64,000 bases of DNA from an uncultured Nitrososphaerota archaeon (GTDB lineage: Archaea; Thermoproteota; Nitrososphaeria; Nitrososphaerales; Nitrosopumilaceae): assembly GCA_963701075.1 (NCBI GenBank), contig OY969559.1:1184577-1248576 (forward strand). Reading direction: 5' to 3'. Made by a program: the position numbers and the translations under genes. This document shows, one piece after another, positions 1 through 9,825 of this stretch (position 1 is its first letter; every line of letters begins with the position of its first letter). Under the pieces are notes generated by a model. The model did not search any database, had not been told where the DNA came from, and saw only the letters and a list, made by a program, of their open reading frames with translations.

Positions 1-99
1 TATCTCTGACATTTCTTCACCAGACAACAGTATGGTTCCACATGCTGGGCAGAATTTGTAGTTATCAGGAGTTTGTGTTCCACATTGATTACAAAACAT
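1..99 (-). CDS. Partial zinc-ribbon protein (N-terminal 33 aa, MFCNQCGTQTPDNYKFCPACGTIL), gene runs off the window start
   Basis: Reverse-strand translation from ATG at 97-99 gives two CxxC pairs; no stop before window edge. Confidence 0.3.
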   Translation of the reverse strand, partial: MFCNQCGTQTPDNYKFCPACGTILLSGEEMSEI

Positions 100-290
100 C
101 GAACTGATATTCGGTCGTCTTACTGATAAATCTTCTAGAATTAACAATCAGAATAGGTTCACTAAGGTTTAGTTACTATTGGCAAGTATTGTTCGCCACA
201 AGTATTTGATTACAAAGCAGCTGGTTTGTCATGCCCGTTATAGTGTTAATGTGGATCATATTTTTAACTTAATCAGTGCAGTGTCATTAA

Positions 291-1115
291 ATGTGGTTAT
301 TACTAGTAATATCTGCCTTGGCTTCAACCGCATTCCTATCTGAAAATTCAGATAATTTTACATCTGTTATAAAAACCCTAAGCGATGTGTTTGACAAACA
401 GGATAATTTACTAACTGAAATTAATTCTTCATTAAGTTGTCAGAATAGAGAATGTCAAAATGCTAACTCACAGTTAGAAAACATTGACGAATCTCTAAGG
501 ACAATAAATAACACAGTAGCAGCATCTAATTATGTCAATTTTGTATTGATCTCAATTTCAATAGGCATTGCTGGAATAGCAGTTATAAGTGCATGGGGAA
601 CTGCTTATTTTTCAAGAAAACAACTTCAACAAGCAGAAAAAGATCTAAAAATGAGATTTTCCCCACGTGTGATAATTGATGGTCCTAGACCATCACAAGT
701 AGCTTTGAAAGATGGTGGTGTACTAGATTATGACACCTTCTCAAAATCAACAAATCCTTTATGGGATACCGTAGATCAAATAATTTTTAGATTTTATTTT
801 AGAAACATAGGAGGCGATGTGGCAATCAAGATGTCAAATATCAAGATTGTTAAGGAAGAGCCATTTGACAGTTCAGAATTTGAAGATAAACCAGATTTTC
901 CAATGGGACTAATACTAACTCCTAATCAAGAATTCTCGCTACCATTTGCTGTAGATTTGAAAAGATTTGATGTGTTAGAACAGAAAAACCTCTTTGCAGG
1001 ATTATCAATTGCATATGAAGATCTATCTGGAAACAAGAAATACACTGGTGTCATCTACGGAATACGAAGAGGTTCCAATTACGTAATACATTCATGGTTA
1101 TCGACAGATACGTAA
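291..1115 (+). CDS. Hypothetical membrane protein (signal/TM segment near N-terminus and one internal TM)
   Basis: 274-aa ORF, hydrophobic stretches LLLVISALASTAFL and VLISISIGIAGIAVISAW; no recognisable domain. Confidence 0.4.
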   Translation: MWLLLVISALASTAFLSENSDNFTSVIKTLSDVFDKQDNLLTEINSSLSCQNRECQNANSQLENIDESLRTINNTVAASNYVNFVLISISIGIAGIAVISAWGTAYFSRKQLQQAEKDLKMRFSPRVIIDGPRPSQVALKDGGVLDYDTFSKSTNPLWDTVDQIIFRFYFRNIGGDVAIKMSNIKIVKEEPFDSSEFEDKPDFPMGLILTPNQEFSLPFAVDLKRFDVLEQKNLFAGLSIAYEDLSGNKKYTGVIYGIRRGSNYVIHSWLSTDT

Positions 1116-1311
1116 ATATAAAATCAATATCTTGAATTCAACTCTTCTATTTTTCAAAATAAAAAAATGGGGGAAGGGTTTCTCGGGTTTTCACCCTACT
1201 CACCTGATTATTTTACGGCGCGGAAAGCGAGATGTGTCACTGTCGTCTGGGGGAAACACCCTCCAGTCCAAACTAGATCTAGTAATACTATATACAAAAT
1301 AAACTGCTCAA

Positions 1312-1872
1312 CTATTGAGGATAGATAATTCTCTCTTCTGTAACGATACAGTCCATCTTGACATCATGTCCATCATGTGGAATTGCTTTTACTACTTGTT
1401 TAGAGTACGACAAGGCCACTTTTTTTGCGCGCTTGCCATTGAGATACCTGTCATAGTACCCAAATCCATATCCTAATCTATAGCCGTCACTTGTCAGCGC
1501 AATTGCAGGAACCAAGATAACATCAAGTTTCTTTATAATATCGCACCTGTCCTTTGGCTCCATCACAGAAAAGTTGCCCATCTCAAGGTCTGAAAAACTA
1601 GAAATTTTCCTAAAGACCAAGTCATTTTTTTCAACCCTTGGAAGCGAGAGCTCCTTTCCAGCATTTAGTATCTCCTGCATTATATCCTGCGTGTGAACCT
1701 CGCTTCCTATGGAATAGTATACCCCTATGCTTGCAGCATTTCTATAGTACTCTATCTTTCGCAGGTTCTCGCGAATCTTGCCGCTTGATATCTTTATAAA
1801 ATCAAGCGAGGTGCCATCTCGCTGGTCCAAAAGCTGCTTGCGAAGCTGCGCCTTTTCAACGGTTTGTGACAA
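1312..1872 (-). CDS. 5-formyltetrahydrofolate cyclo-ligase (MTHFS family)
   Basis: 186 aa; conserved GYGxGYYDRYL motif and overall length typical of 5-FCL; adjacent to folD. Confidence 0.75.
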   Translation of the reverse strand: MSQTVEKAQLRKQLLDQRDGTSLDFIKISSGKIRENLRKIEYYRNAASIGVYYSIGSEVHTQDIMQEILNAGKELSLPRVEKNDLVFRKISSFSDLEMGNFSVMEPKDRCDIIKKLDVILVPAIALTSDGYRLGYGFGYYDRYLNGKRAKKVALSYSKQVVKAIPHDGHDVKMDCIVTEERIIYPQ

Positions 1873-1880
1873 ATCCTTTA

Positions 1881-2726
1881 CTAATTGAAGTCTGCCGTGA
1901 CAGTGTTTCTTAAAAGCATCGCTCTAGTCATGGGTCCCACGCCTCCAGGAACAGGCGTCGCATATGATGCCTTTTTGATTATACCATCATAGTCTGCGTC
2001 TCCCGCCAACTTGCCGTTTACCCTGCTTGTTCCAATATCTATTACAACTGCACCTTCTCTTATCATGGTACCAGTAAGCGTGAACCTGGATCTATCCCCT
2101 ACTGCAGTAATCACAATATCTGCGGCAAGGCAATGGTCCACAAGATTTCGTGTCTTGGAGTGACAAGTAGTAACTGTAGCGTCCCTTTCAAGCATTAGGT
2201 GATACAGGGGTTTTCCTACCAGATTGCTCCTGTTTATGATGACAACGTTTTTTCCAGACAATTCTATGTTATAATAATCAAACAATTCCATTATCCCTAA
2301 AGGAGTGCACGGCTTCAAAATTGCCCTGCCAGATGCTAAAAGCCCGGCGTTGTATGGTGTGAGGCCATCGACATCTTTTATTGGAGATATCCTGGATGTT
2401 GTTGCAAACTCGTCTAACAGTGCGGGCAGGGGCAGCTGGACCAATATTCCATGAACTGTTTTATCTGAATTTAGCAGGTTAATCAAACTGTCAAGCTCCA
2501 TCTGGGTGAATTCCTGCGGCAGCCTGTGGTCTTTTGTGGCAATGCCAACATCTGCACAGTCTTTTTGCTTGCTTGTAACATATGACGAAGATGCAGGGTC
2601 GTCTCCAATCAGTATGGTTGCAAGGCACGGCTCGATTCCTTCTTTTTTCAGCTCTGACACTGACGCCCTGACTAGGTCCTTGACAGAATTTGCAACTGCA
2701 ATGCCGTCTATTTTTTGGCCTGTCAC
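1881..2726 (-). CDS. folD: Bifunctional methylenetetrahydrofolate dehydrogenase/cyclohydrolase FolD
   Basis: 281 aa; SxxYVxxKxK, GILVQLPLP and NRSNLVGKPL motifs characteristic of FolD. Confidence 0.9.
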   Translation of the reverse strand: MTGQKIDGIAVANSVKDLVRASVSELKKEGIEPCLATILIGDDPASSSYVTSKQKDCADVGIATKDHRLPQEFTQMELDSLINLLNSDKTVHGILVQLPLPALLDEFATTSRISPIKDVDGLTPYNAGLLASGRAILKPCTPLGIMELFDYYNIELSGKNVVIINRSNLVGKPLYHLMLERDATVTTCHSKTRNLVDHCLAADIVITAVGDRSRFTLTGTMIREGAVVIDIGTSRVNGKLAGDADYDGIIKKASYATPVPGGVGPMTRAMLLRNTVTADFN

Positions 2727-3168
2727 GCAGTGTGGATTGCGTTTAGAGTATTTAATCCTTGGAACTAAAATTGGAATATGTGTACATGAAAAAATCTATA
2801 GGTGAATCCAAAATACAACATTTACAAAAAAGCAGAATTACTCTGGAATTAATTCTAACTTGTTCACTCACACAAAGTACAATCCAACACTTGGGAGCAT
2901 TCTAAAAGTAGAGCAACTCCTTGTAAAATCCAGAGTTTGATTCCAAGGCACAATTAACAAAAAACTTAGTTATCATGAGGCCGCAAGTTCTTAACGTCAT
3001 CTTACGTTATCTGGAACAATCTAACAAAGTTCTGCTTGATGAAGACGTTCAATCATCTGTATTCATGCTAGTCCAACTTCAAAGAAAAGCTGGGAACAGG
3101 CAAGATCACTGTAGGTTGTAAACATCTGATTGAATTGGCAAGCACGTCAAGTAAATATATAGTAGAAA

Positions 3169-3193
3169 ACTATAATATTATAGTATATTACTA
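3169..3193. promoter_or_regulatory. AT-rich promoter region with perfect 16-bp palindrome ACTATAATATTATAGT and nested TAGTA-TAT-TACTA palindrome immediately upstream of the wHTH-HEPN gene; candidate operator plus TATA box
   Basis: Read directly: 3169-3184 is its own reverse complement; 3181-3193 second palindrome; 11 bp before the ATG at 3205. Confidence 0.4.
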
Positions 3194-3204
3194 TATTATA
3201 TACA

Positions 3205-4278
3205 ATGGACGAGGCAGCATACAAAATATTAGACATATTATCAAGGAACCTAGGCCAGTCTCTGTCTATACGTGAGATTGCTGGAAAGATAGAGACAACA
3301 TATGGCGGAGCCTATTATGCCAACATAAATGAAAAGATCCACGAGATGACAAAAAAAGGAATAATCGTTCTGTCAAAAGCAGGCAGGTCATCGCTTACAT
3401 CAATTGACTTTAACAACTATCTGATAACAGATTTACTTGCAGAGATGGAACTTGGACGAAAGCAAGACTTTCTTCAAGGAAGACAAGAGATGCAGATTCT
3501 GACAATGGAAATCTGCACACACTTGGACAGTTTTCCTCTAGTCAAATCAATTATCATGATGAATCCAGAAAGAAACGCAAAATTAAACAAGACTGAGCTA
3601 CTAATTTCCATAAAAAGAACCGAGCAAGATAAAGTGGAAGAGACAAAAATGGGCATTCATGCCATTCTGGATGCCCTCCAAAACCTACACAACATAAGGA
3701 TAGATTACATGATACTTGAAGACAAGATGCTTCTTAACCTCCTAAAATCAGATGAAATTAATCCTGCAAGAGAGATGCTGTCTAACAAGATAGTCATTTT
3801 GAACCCGCAGGATTTCTGGATAGAAGTCAAAAAAGCGGGCATGGAAGGAATTAAAACTATTTCAGAAGAAGACGTGACAAATCCGGCAAAAATTACAGCA
3901 GAAGATTTGATATCCAACCTTGCACGATTTGGTTACACAGAATTTGGACCAAAAATAAAGCAAGGAAAATTGATCTGTATAGAGTACATCGTAAGCGCAA
4001 TAATGTTCCAAAATGATGCAAGGAGAATGGATGCTATTCCAATAATACTTGCAAAGAACTCTGGCAGAACAAACTATGATCTACTGCTCTTTTTTGCACG
4101 CAAATATGGTTTTGGTGGGAAAATGTTGGGTATACTGCATGCCCTAAGGAATCTTGTGGCACATGGCATGCCTAAGATTAAAGAACCAATAAGACTGCTT
4201 GAGGCAATGAAGATTAAAGAAGTCAAGGCAAATGAGAAGAGCATAAAGGAAAAGTTGAGACTGTACAATGTCACTTGA
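3205..4278 (+). CDS. Three-part protein: N-terminal winged-helix DNA-binding domain, central region, C-terminal HEPN-like domain (Rx4HG: LRNLVAHG)
   Basis: N-terminus resembles MarR/ArsR wHTH (ILDILSRNLGQSLSIREIAGKIETTYG...KKGIIVL); C-terminal ALRNLVAHG matches the HEPN Rx4-6H signature; 11-nt overlap with downstream NTase gene. Confidence 0.45.
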   Translation: MDEAAYKILDILSRNLGQSLSIREIAGKIETTYGGAYYANINEKIHEMTKKGIIVLSKAGRSSLTSIDFNNYLITDLLAEMELGRKQDFLQGRQEMQILTMEICTHLDSFPLVKSIIMMNPERNAKLNKTELLISIKRTEQDKVEETKMGIHAILDALQNLHNIRIDYMILEDKMLLNLLKSDEINPAREMLSNKIVILNPQDFWIEVKKAGMEGIKTISEEDVTNPAKITAEDLISNLARFGYTEFGPKIKQGKLICIEYIVSAIMFQNDARRMDAIPIILAKNSGRTNYDLLLFFARKYGFGGKMLGILHALRNLVAHGMPKIKEPIRLLEAMKIKEVKANEKSIKEKLRLYNVT

Positions 4279-4777
4279 CAACACAAAACTGCTAGATTTT
4301 CTAGGCGAGATAGACAAAGAGCTCAAGCGCAAGATAGTGGTGGTCGCAGCAGGAGGAACTGCCATGACACTTCTCAAGACAAAATCGTCTACAATAGATG
4401 TAGATTTTACTATTCCAAGCAAGTATTTTGATGATTTCAAACATGCACAAGATATAGTTCAACCTGGGTTCAAAGTGGACCTTTTTCATGATGGTGCTGT
4501 GTTTATCAACATGCTTCCAGAGGATTATCTGAAAAGGAGCAAACTAATCAAGACAAGGCTAAAAAACATAGAACTTAGGACCTTGCATCCTGTTGACATA
4601 ATTGTAACAAAAATTAGCAGGTTAGATGAAAGAGATGAACAAGATATCAAAGCCTGTATTGAGAAATTTACGATAAAAAAGGACGAGATCGTAAAACGGG
4701 CAAAGCAAATGGGATATGCAGGTAATGATGATATGTTTCGAGCTAATACACAAATTGTTTTAAGAAAGTTCTTCTAG
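4268..4777 (+). CDS. Minimal nucleotidyltransferase (MNT-like, Pol-beta fold) partner of the upstream HEPN-motif protein
   Basis: 169 aa; hGG-x13-DVD (VVVAAGGTAMTLLKTKSSTIDVDF) matches the NTase hG[GS]...DhD signature; translationally coupled (overlap) with upstream gene. Confidence 0.45.
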   Translation: MSLDNTKLLDFLGEIDKELKRKIVVVAAGGTAMTLLKTKSSTIDVDFTIPSKYFDDFKHAQDIVQPGFKVDLFHDGAVFINMLPEDYLKRSKLIKTRLKNIELRTLHPVDIIVTKISRLDERDEQDIKACIEKFTIKKDEIVKRAKQMGYAGNDDMFRANTQIVLRKFF

Positions 4778-4820
4778 GTTCCTTGGAAGATTAATTATAT
4801 CCAATTACATAGACTCTTCA

Positions 4821-5363
4821 ATGAATCTACGAGAAGCAGAGGCTGTAATCCGAGAGACACTTGACCAGATAAAAAAACATGAAATAGAGCTGCACCAAGG
4901 ATGTGTGGCATGTCATGTCATATTTTCGCTAACACAAAAGTCTGGCAGATCAGAGCAAGATGCAGCAGACCTCATGGCCGAAGTCCTAACTGGTGACCCA
5001 GAATTAAATTCTGAACTAATAGAGACTGTAGAGCAGATACACATGACAGAGCGGGGAATGGGTGGGGCATTTCCAGCAAGAGAGCGAGAATCAAAGGACA
5101 GTTACCTTGAAGCATACCTTACAAACGTACTCGATGAGCTTGCATCAGACTTGCAGCATGCAACACATGATGTAATACTCAGAAAGTTATTGCTAAGCTA
5201 CATGTCACTATATATCGCACAAACAATTGGGGTAGATTACCACGCGGCAACTGAAGAGCTGTATTATTTACTTCGAAAAGATGATGGCAAAAATTCAAAG
5301 ATTGCGCACATTATAGCAAGATTTGAAGAAAAGCTAAAAAAACAAGAGTCCAACATGCGTTAG
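4821..5363 (+). CDS. Hypothetical protein
   Basis: 180-aa ORF, helical, no recognised motif. Confidence 0.4.
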   Translation: MNLREAEAVIRETLDQIKKHEIELHQGCVACHVIFSLTQKSGRSEQDAADLMAEVLTGDPELNSELIETVEQIHMTERGMGGAFPARERESKDSYLEAYLTNVLDELASDLQHATHDVILRKLLLSYMSLYIAQTIGVDYHAATEELYYLLRKDDGKNSKIAHIIARFEEKLKKQESNMR

Positions 5364-5379
5364 AGTCATTAAGACTTGG

Positions 5380-5715
5380 GTGGCAAGTATATCGTTGAAG
5401 ATTGAATTTGATACAAAAAAATATGTACAAGACTTGGAAAAAAGCAAGTCGTATTTTCATACATTTCTAAACCGAAAAAACATTGCAGCAGGCATTCTCA
5501 GGCTGGCACCTGGGCAAGAAGACACACAGGCTCCACATGACAGTGACGAGGTGTACTATATAGTAAAGGGGGATGGTTTTCTAAACATTGGCGGAAAAGA
5601 TTACAAGATATCAGAGGGAATGTCATATTTTGTGGCAAAAAATATCGAGCACCAATTCCATGGAAATACGCAAGAACTAGTTGTTGTCTATTTTTTTAGC
5701 GGGCCTGACTCTTAG
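5380..5715 (+). CDS. Cupin-domain protein
   Basis: 111 aa; cupin two-motif pattern (G-x5-HxH-like region PHDSDEVYYIVKG ... EHQFHG). Confidence 0.55.
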   Translation: MASISLKIEFDTKKYVQDLEKSKSYFHTFLNRKNIAAGILRLAPGQEDTQAPHDSDEVYYIVKGDGFLNIGGKDYKISEGMSYFVAKNIEHQFHGNTQELVVVYFFSGPDS

Positions 5716-6329
5716 GATGTTATAGTCTTTCTGCCCTTTGTCTTTATCCTGCCTTCTGCATAGAGCCTGACTGCCTTGGGGTATATCTTGTGCTCTTGCT
5801 TGAGTATCCTTTTTGAGAGGCTCTCTTCTGTGTCGTCATCTTTTACCTTGACTATTGCCTGCAAAATTACAGGGCCTGTATCCACTCCCTCGTCAACAAA
5901 GTGCACGGTACACCCTGAATATTTTACGCCATACTCAATTGCCTGCCTTTGGGAATGCAAACCTGGAAACGCGGGCAATATTGCAGGATGAATGTTAAGT
6001 ATTCTTCCACTGTAATGTCTGATAAATTCAGGACTCATTATTCTCATAAACCCTGCAAGGCAGACAAGACCATTTTTTGGAGTTACATTATTTTCCTCAA
6101 GAACTGATACTATCTTTTGGTCGTACTCCCAGCTACTTCCTTTGAATTCTGCACTGTCAACTGTCACCGTCTTGACTCCAAGTTTTTGTGCAACCTTTAA
6201 TCCCTTTGCGTCAGGTTTGTTGGATATCACAACTGCAGGTTTTACTGGAATCTTTTTCTTTTTGACTGCGCGCAAGATTGCCTCCATGTTAGAGCCGCGC
6301 CCTGAAATCAGGATTGCGATATTTATCAT
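5712..6329 (-). CDS. purN: Phosphoribosylglycinamide formyltransferase PurN
   Basis: 205 aa; ISGRGSN N-terminus, NIHPxLLPAFxG and HFVDEGxDTGPII motifs. Confidence 0.85.
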   Translation of the reverse strand: MINIAILISGRGSNMEAILRAVKKKKIPVKPAVVISNKPDAKGLKVAQKLGVKTVTVDSAEFKGSSWEYDQKIVSVLEENNVTPKNGLVCLAGFMRIMSPEFIRHYSGRILNIHPAILPAFPGLHSQRQAIEYGVKYSGCTVHFVDEGVDTGPVILQAIVKVKDDDTEESLSKRILKQEHKIYPKAVRLYAEGRIKTKGRKTITS

Positions 6330-6429
6330 TGTACCTTGATCTTGGTCTTTATGTAAATAAACGTCTTCTCTAGGGGAAGAAAAGATCGAAATTGAATCGC
6401 TTTAGACTAGATGTAACACCTGATCAATC

Positions 6430-7452
6430 TTGCAATTTATATCAGATGTATTTCTTCGAAATCTCAATTTGAGACAAGTCGTAAAGATGACATCTAATGG
6501 TATTTTTGTATCAGGACAAAACGGTGCCAAGATACACCTTGATCCAAAAAAAGGAACAGATGACGGCATCACATTTGTCTCCCATGCACATATAGACCAC
6601 CTTCACAGACAAAGCGGGGGGCTGGTCTTGACATCACAGCAGACAAGCGAGATTGCAAGACTACGGGGGTACTCTATTGAGAACTATACTGAAGAGTATG
6701 AGGATTTTTCACTAATTGATGCAGGTCACATTCTGGGGGCAAAGGGACTCTTGTTTGGCGATGGGATTTTCTATACAGGTGATATTAGCACGCGCGAGCG
6801 CGCATTCATGAAGGGTGCTAGTGTCCCAAAATGCAAGGTACTGATAACAGAGTGCACATTTGGGATGCCAGAGTATGTCTTTCCAAAAGTGGAAGATACC
6901 GTAAAACGCGTAAATGAGATAATATCTGATCTGTACTCTAGAGGAAAGCCAGTTATTCTTTTGGGGTATGAGCTTGGAAAAGCTCAGATTCTCTCGTATC
7001 TTTTCTCACACTGGGCCCCGTACTATCACGATTCTGTAAAAAAAGTAAATGATGTATATAGAAAGTTTGGTGTAGACTTGCCTGATTCTGTGGGGCACTC
7101 TCAGGCAGAAAGCGCAGGACTTTTGGACAAAAAACCATGGCTTATGATTGCGCCAAACATGAGTGGCAAAAATAGTTTCGTACAACACATGAAATCAAGA
7201 TATGGTGCAATAACAATTGGATTTAGCGGATGGGCGCAATCTCCAAGATTTGCATTTGCAAGGCAGCATGACTATTCAATACCTTTGAGTGATCACTGTG
7301 ATTACAATGAGTTAGTGCAACTTGTAAAAAAATGCGCGCCAGAAAAAATCTATACCGTGCATGGATTTGTAGAAGAGTTTGCGTTAGACCTGGTAAAGAT
7401 GGGTTATGATGCCCAGCCTCTCACTGAGAATGCACTAGACGATTATTTTTAA
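6430..7452 (+). CDS. Metallo-beta-lactamase fold / beta-CASP-type nuclease-like hydrolase
   Basis: 340 aa; HAHIDH zinc-binding motif near N-terminus and conserved H/D residues (SDHCDYNEL, VHG) towards C-terminus. Confidence 0.55.
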   Translation: MQFISDVFLRNLNLRQVVKMTSNGIFVSGQNGAKIHLDPKKGTDDGITFVSHAHIDHLHRQSGGLVLTSQQTSEIARLRGYSIENYTEEYEDFSLIDAGHILGAKGLLFGDGIFYTGDISTRERAFMKGASVPKCKVLITECTFGMPEYVFPKVEDTVKRVNEIISDLYSRGKPVILLGYELGKAQILSYLFSHWAPYYHDSVKKVNDVYRKFGVDLPDSVGHSQAESAGLLDKKPWLMIAPNMSGKNSFVQHMKSRYGAITIGFSGWAQSPRFAFARQHDYSIPLSDHCDYNELVQLVKKCAPEKIYTVHGFVEEFALDLVKMGYDAQPLTENALDDYF

Positions 7453-7487
7453 ATGCAAGCCATCTTCTAGTACGGTTTTAAAAAAAA

Positions 7488-8603
7488 TTACTTGTAATTT
7501 GCCATGGCCAACTGATCTATTATCTCTTCTATTGCTTGTGCAAGATTTTTTCCAAGATGCGGCGGAAGTTTCTGAGTCTGGACAAGTATGTTTATTCGGT
7601 CTACATATGACTGCATCACTGCAATCAACTCTTCGGTGTTTTTGATCTCGCTTTCTTTGCCGTCTTTTGATAAAACTGATATGCTTTTTTCAAGTTTTTT
7701 GTTTAGGTTCTGATAATATGATTTTTTGTCTTCCAACTCTTTTTTAGATTCTGCTAATTGATTCATTCTAGCCAGCAGTTTATCGGTAATCTGGCTCAAA
7801 ATCATCTTGTTATTCTCATTTTCAACAGGATCGTTCATTACGTACACCTGTTTTTTTAACCTGGAAATGTCGTCGGTCATATCAGCAAAAAAGCACTCTA
7901 GGATATCTTTTTGAAGATTAGAAAGACGCGACTCTAAAACCAGTTGTTTCTGGTTGCCCACAATCTGGTTTAGGAAAACACGCCGGGCATAATCATGCTT
8001 TATGATTCTCAATATCATTCTTAGAAGAAAGAGATGTGCGCATACGTTGACAATTAGAAATGAAATCTGCAGCATGATGAGATTTTGACTCTGTTGCTTG
8101 CCGTACATGCCAAGATCTGCCGTTAAACTATTGTCGGCAACTATGAATGCCAGGTTTTTTTCCTGCAATTCTGCAGTATCTGCGCTTGTCATGGCGCCTC
8201 CTTTGGAGCCTAGCATGTAAGCAACGTCTGCCCTGTATGCAGCCCACGTGTCTTGGACTTGCTTGAAATCATTTGGAAAGACAGAGGGAACAGCTATTAC
8301 TATCGAATTCTCATAAGATGGTATTGGATACAAAACTTGTGATGGCACAACACCACCATGGGAAAGAGAATCAATGTTTGTGTCAATACTTCTCATGACA
8401 TCTACTGGTAAAGCTTGACTGTGCAATTGTAGATAATCAATAGTTCTTGCATAAAGCAATTCTGCAAGATATCTGTTCTTACCGCTTGTGTTGATGGTAT
8501 TGCCAAGATACGTTGATTGGTTTTGGTAAATTGATAGAACTAGGAAACTACTTACAATTATGGCAATTTGTATTGCAATGATTACTCCTATCTTGTACTT
8601 CAT
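7488..8603 (-). CDS. Membrane sensor protein: periplasmic PilJ/NarX-type (nitrate/nitrite-like) sensing domain between two TM helices, cytoplasmic coiled coil, no output domain
   Basis: 371 aa; TM at residues ~5-25 and ~180-200; GKNRYLAELL motif resembling PilJ/NIT N-terminal sensor domains; C-terminal heptad-rich region. Confidence 0.45.
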   Translation of the reverse strand: MKYKIGVIIAIQIAIIVSSFLVLSIYQNQSTYLGNTINTSGKNRYLAELLYARTIDYLQLHSQALPVDVMRSIDTNIDSLSHGGVVPSQVLYPIPSYENSIVIAVPSVFPNDFKQVQDTWAAYRADVAYMLGSKGGAMTSADTAELQEKNLAFIVADNSLTADLGMYGKQQSQNLIMLQISFLIVNVCAHLFLLRMILRIIKHDYARRVFLNQIVGNQKQLVLESRLSNLQKDILECFFADMTDDISRLKKQVYVMNDPVENENNKMILSQITDKLLARMNQLAESKKELEDKKSYYQNLNKKLEKSISVLSKDGKESEIKNTEELIAVMQSYVDRINILVQTQKLPPHLGKNLAQAIEEIIDQLAMANYK

Positions 8604-8942
8604 GTTATTTTTACACTGTACATACCTTAATCGACATATTAAGATCTCCTCTACAAACCATGTCTAGGATAACACGTGAGCGGTATGTTTTTCTGGAAAA
8701 AAATTAGTTTCTATTGGAATCATGATCTAGACAAAATTTCTTCAAACCATTACGAATGCCTGTAAAAATTAAATTGCTTTTGGTAATTATTATCATATCA
8801 GAAAATCATACTTATATTCCGGGACACTGGTTATCTACTAATGTACAAATCACAAATCAAAATACAAGATATTGAAACTTTAGGTTTTGCTATGTGGAAT
8901 GTGAAAATAAATGATGTTTTCCCAATTTTGGGTGAAACATAA

Positions 8943-9443
8943 ATGGTGTCAGAGACAAACCATAATGGTCAGAAAAAAGAAAATTTCACTTTAAGAATCA
9001 ATGCAGAATTGATGAAGGAAATAAAAGAAAAATCAAGCGAAGAAAACGTCAGTGTCAATCATTTTATCAGCAAGTTACTGGAAACTGCTACGTATTGGAA
9101 TATACATGCACCCAGTGCCGGATGGACACCTATGCCAAGACAGATTCTTCTTGAATTAATAGACCGATACTCTTATGATGAAATAGAAGCACTAGCTCAT
9201 AAACTTGGAAAACAAATAGCGCGAGATATGCTTTTGTTTACAGGCGGCAAGTATGATGTTGACGCTTGGCTCGATTTTCTAAGGATCAGATCAGATATTT
9301 CCGGTTTTCAATTCTCCGAATATCGAGATGGCAACACAATCAAATGTGTTCTTCATCACGCAATGGGAAAAAAGTGGGCCGTTTGGTTTAAGAGCTTTTA
9401 TGAGATTGTACTCAATAGATATGAAGGCAAATGTAGTATTTGA
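8943..9443 (+). CDS. Hypothetical protein with ribbon-helix-helix-like N-terminus
   Basis: 166 aa; FTLRINAELMKEIKEKSSEENVSVNHFISKLLE resembles Arc/MetJ/CopG RHH. Confidence 0.35.
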   Translation: MVSETNHNGQKKENFTLRINAELMKEIKEKSSEENVSVNHFISKLLETATYWNIHAPSAGWTPMPRQILLELIDRYSYDEIEALAHKLGKQIARDMLLFTGGKYDVDAWLDFLRIRSDISGFQFSEYRDGNTIKCVLHHAMGKKWAVWFKSFYEIVLNRYEGKCSI

Positions 9444-9825
9444 TGTCAGTGAGAATACGCTCACAATGGAAATCCGTAAATAATTTCATGAAACAATAAG
9501 TTGTTAATTGTTTGAATTTTTCATTCTATCTTCATAGTTTGATTGCACCCATAGTGAGTCATTTATAGTCAAAGAAACCCACTTTCATCCTATGTGAATC
9601 TGTTAAAGGATCATCTTTAATTTTTTATGCATTGAGGATAATCATGCATTGTTATAAATACAAAAAAAAAAACAAATGGTTGGCAAATCTACGTTACCAA
9701 TAACCAAAAAAGGAAAGCGTAAAGCCGGCACTATAAGAAACGCCTTTGATATATCGTCAATAAATGGTAAAAATGGCAATATTGTAGGAATTGCAAAAAT
9801 CATTGCAGGATTCTGTCGGTGTTAG

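Noticed and set aside
2506-2805. 99-aa ORF on the plus strand
   Set aside because: Lies antisense inside the well-supported folD gene; composition not protein-like
3474-4489. Several 60-98-aa minus-strand ORFs (3474-3656, 3705-3917, 4074-4286, 4144-4440, 4301-4489)
   Set aside because: All antisense to the wHTH-HEPN and NTase genes; low-complexity Ser/Leu-rich translations typical of AT-rich antisense frames
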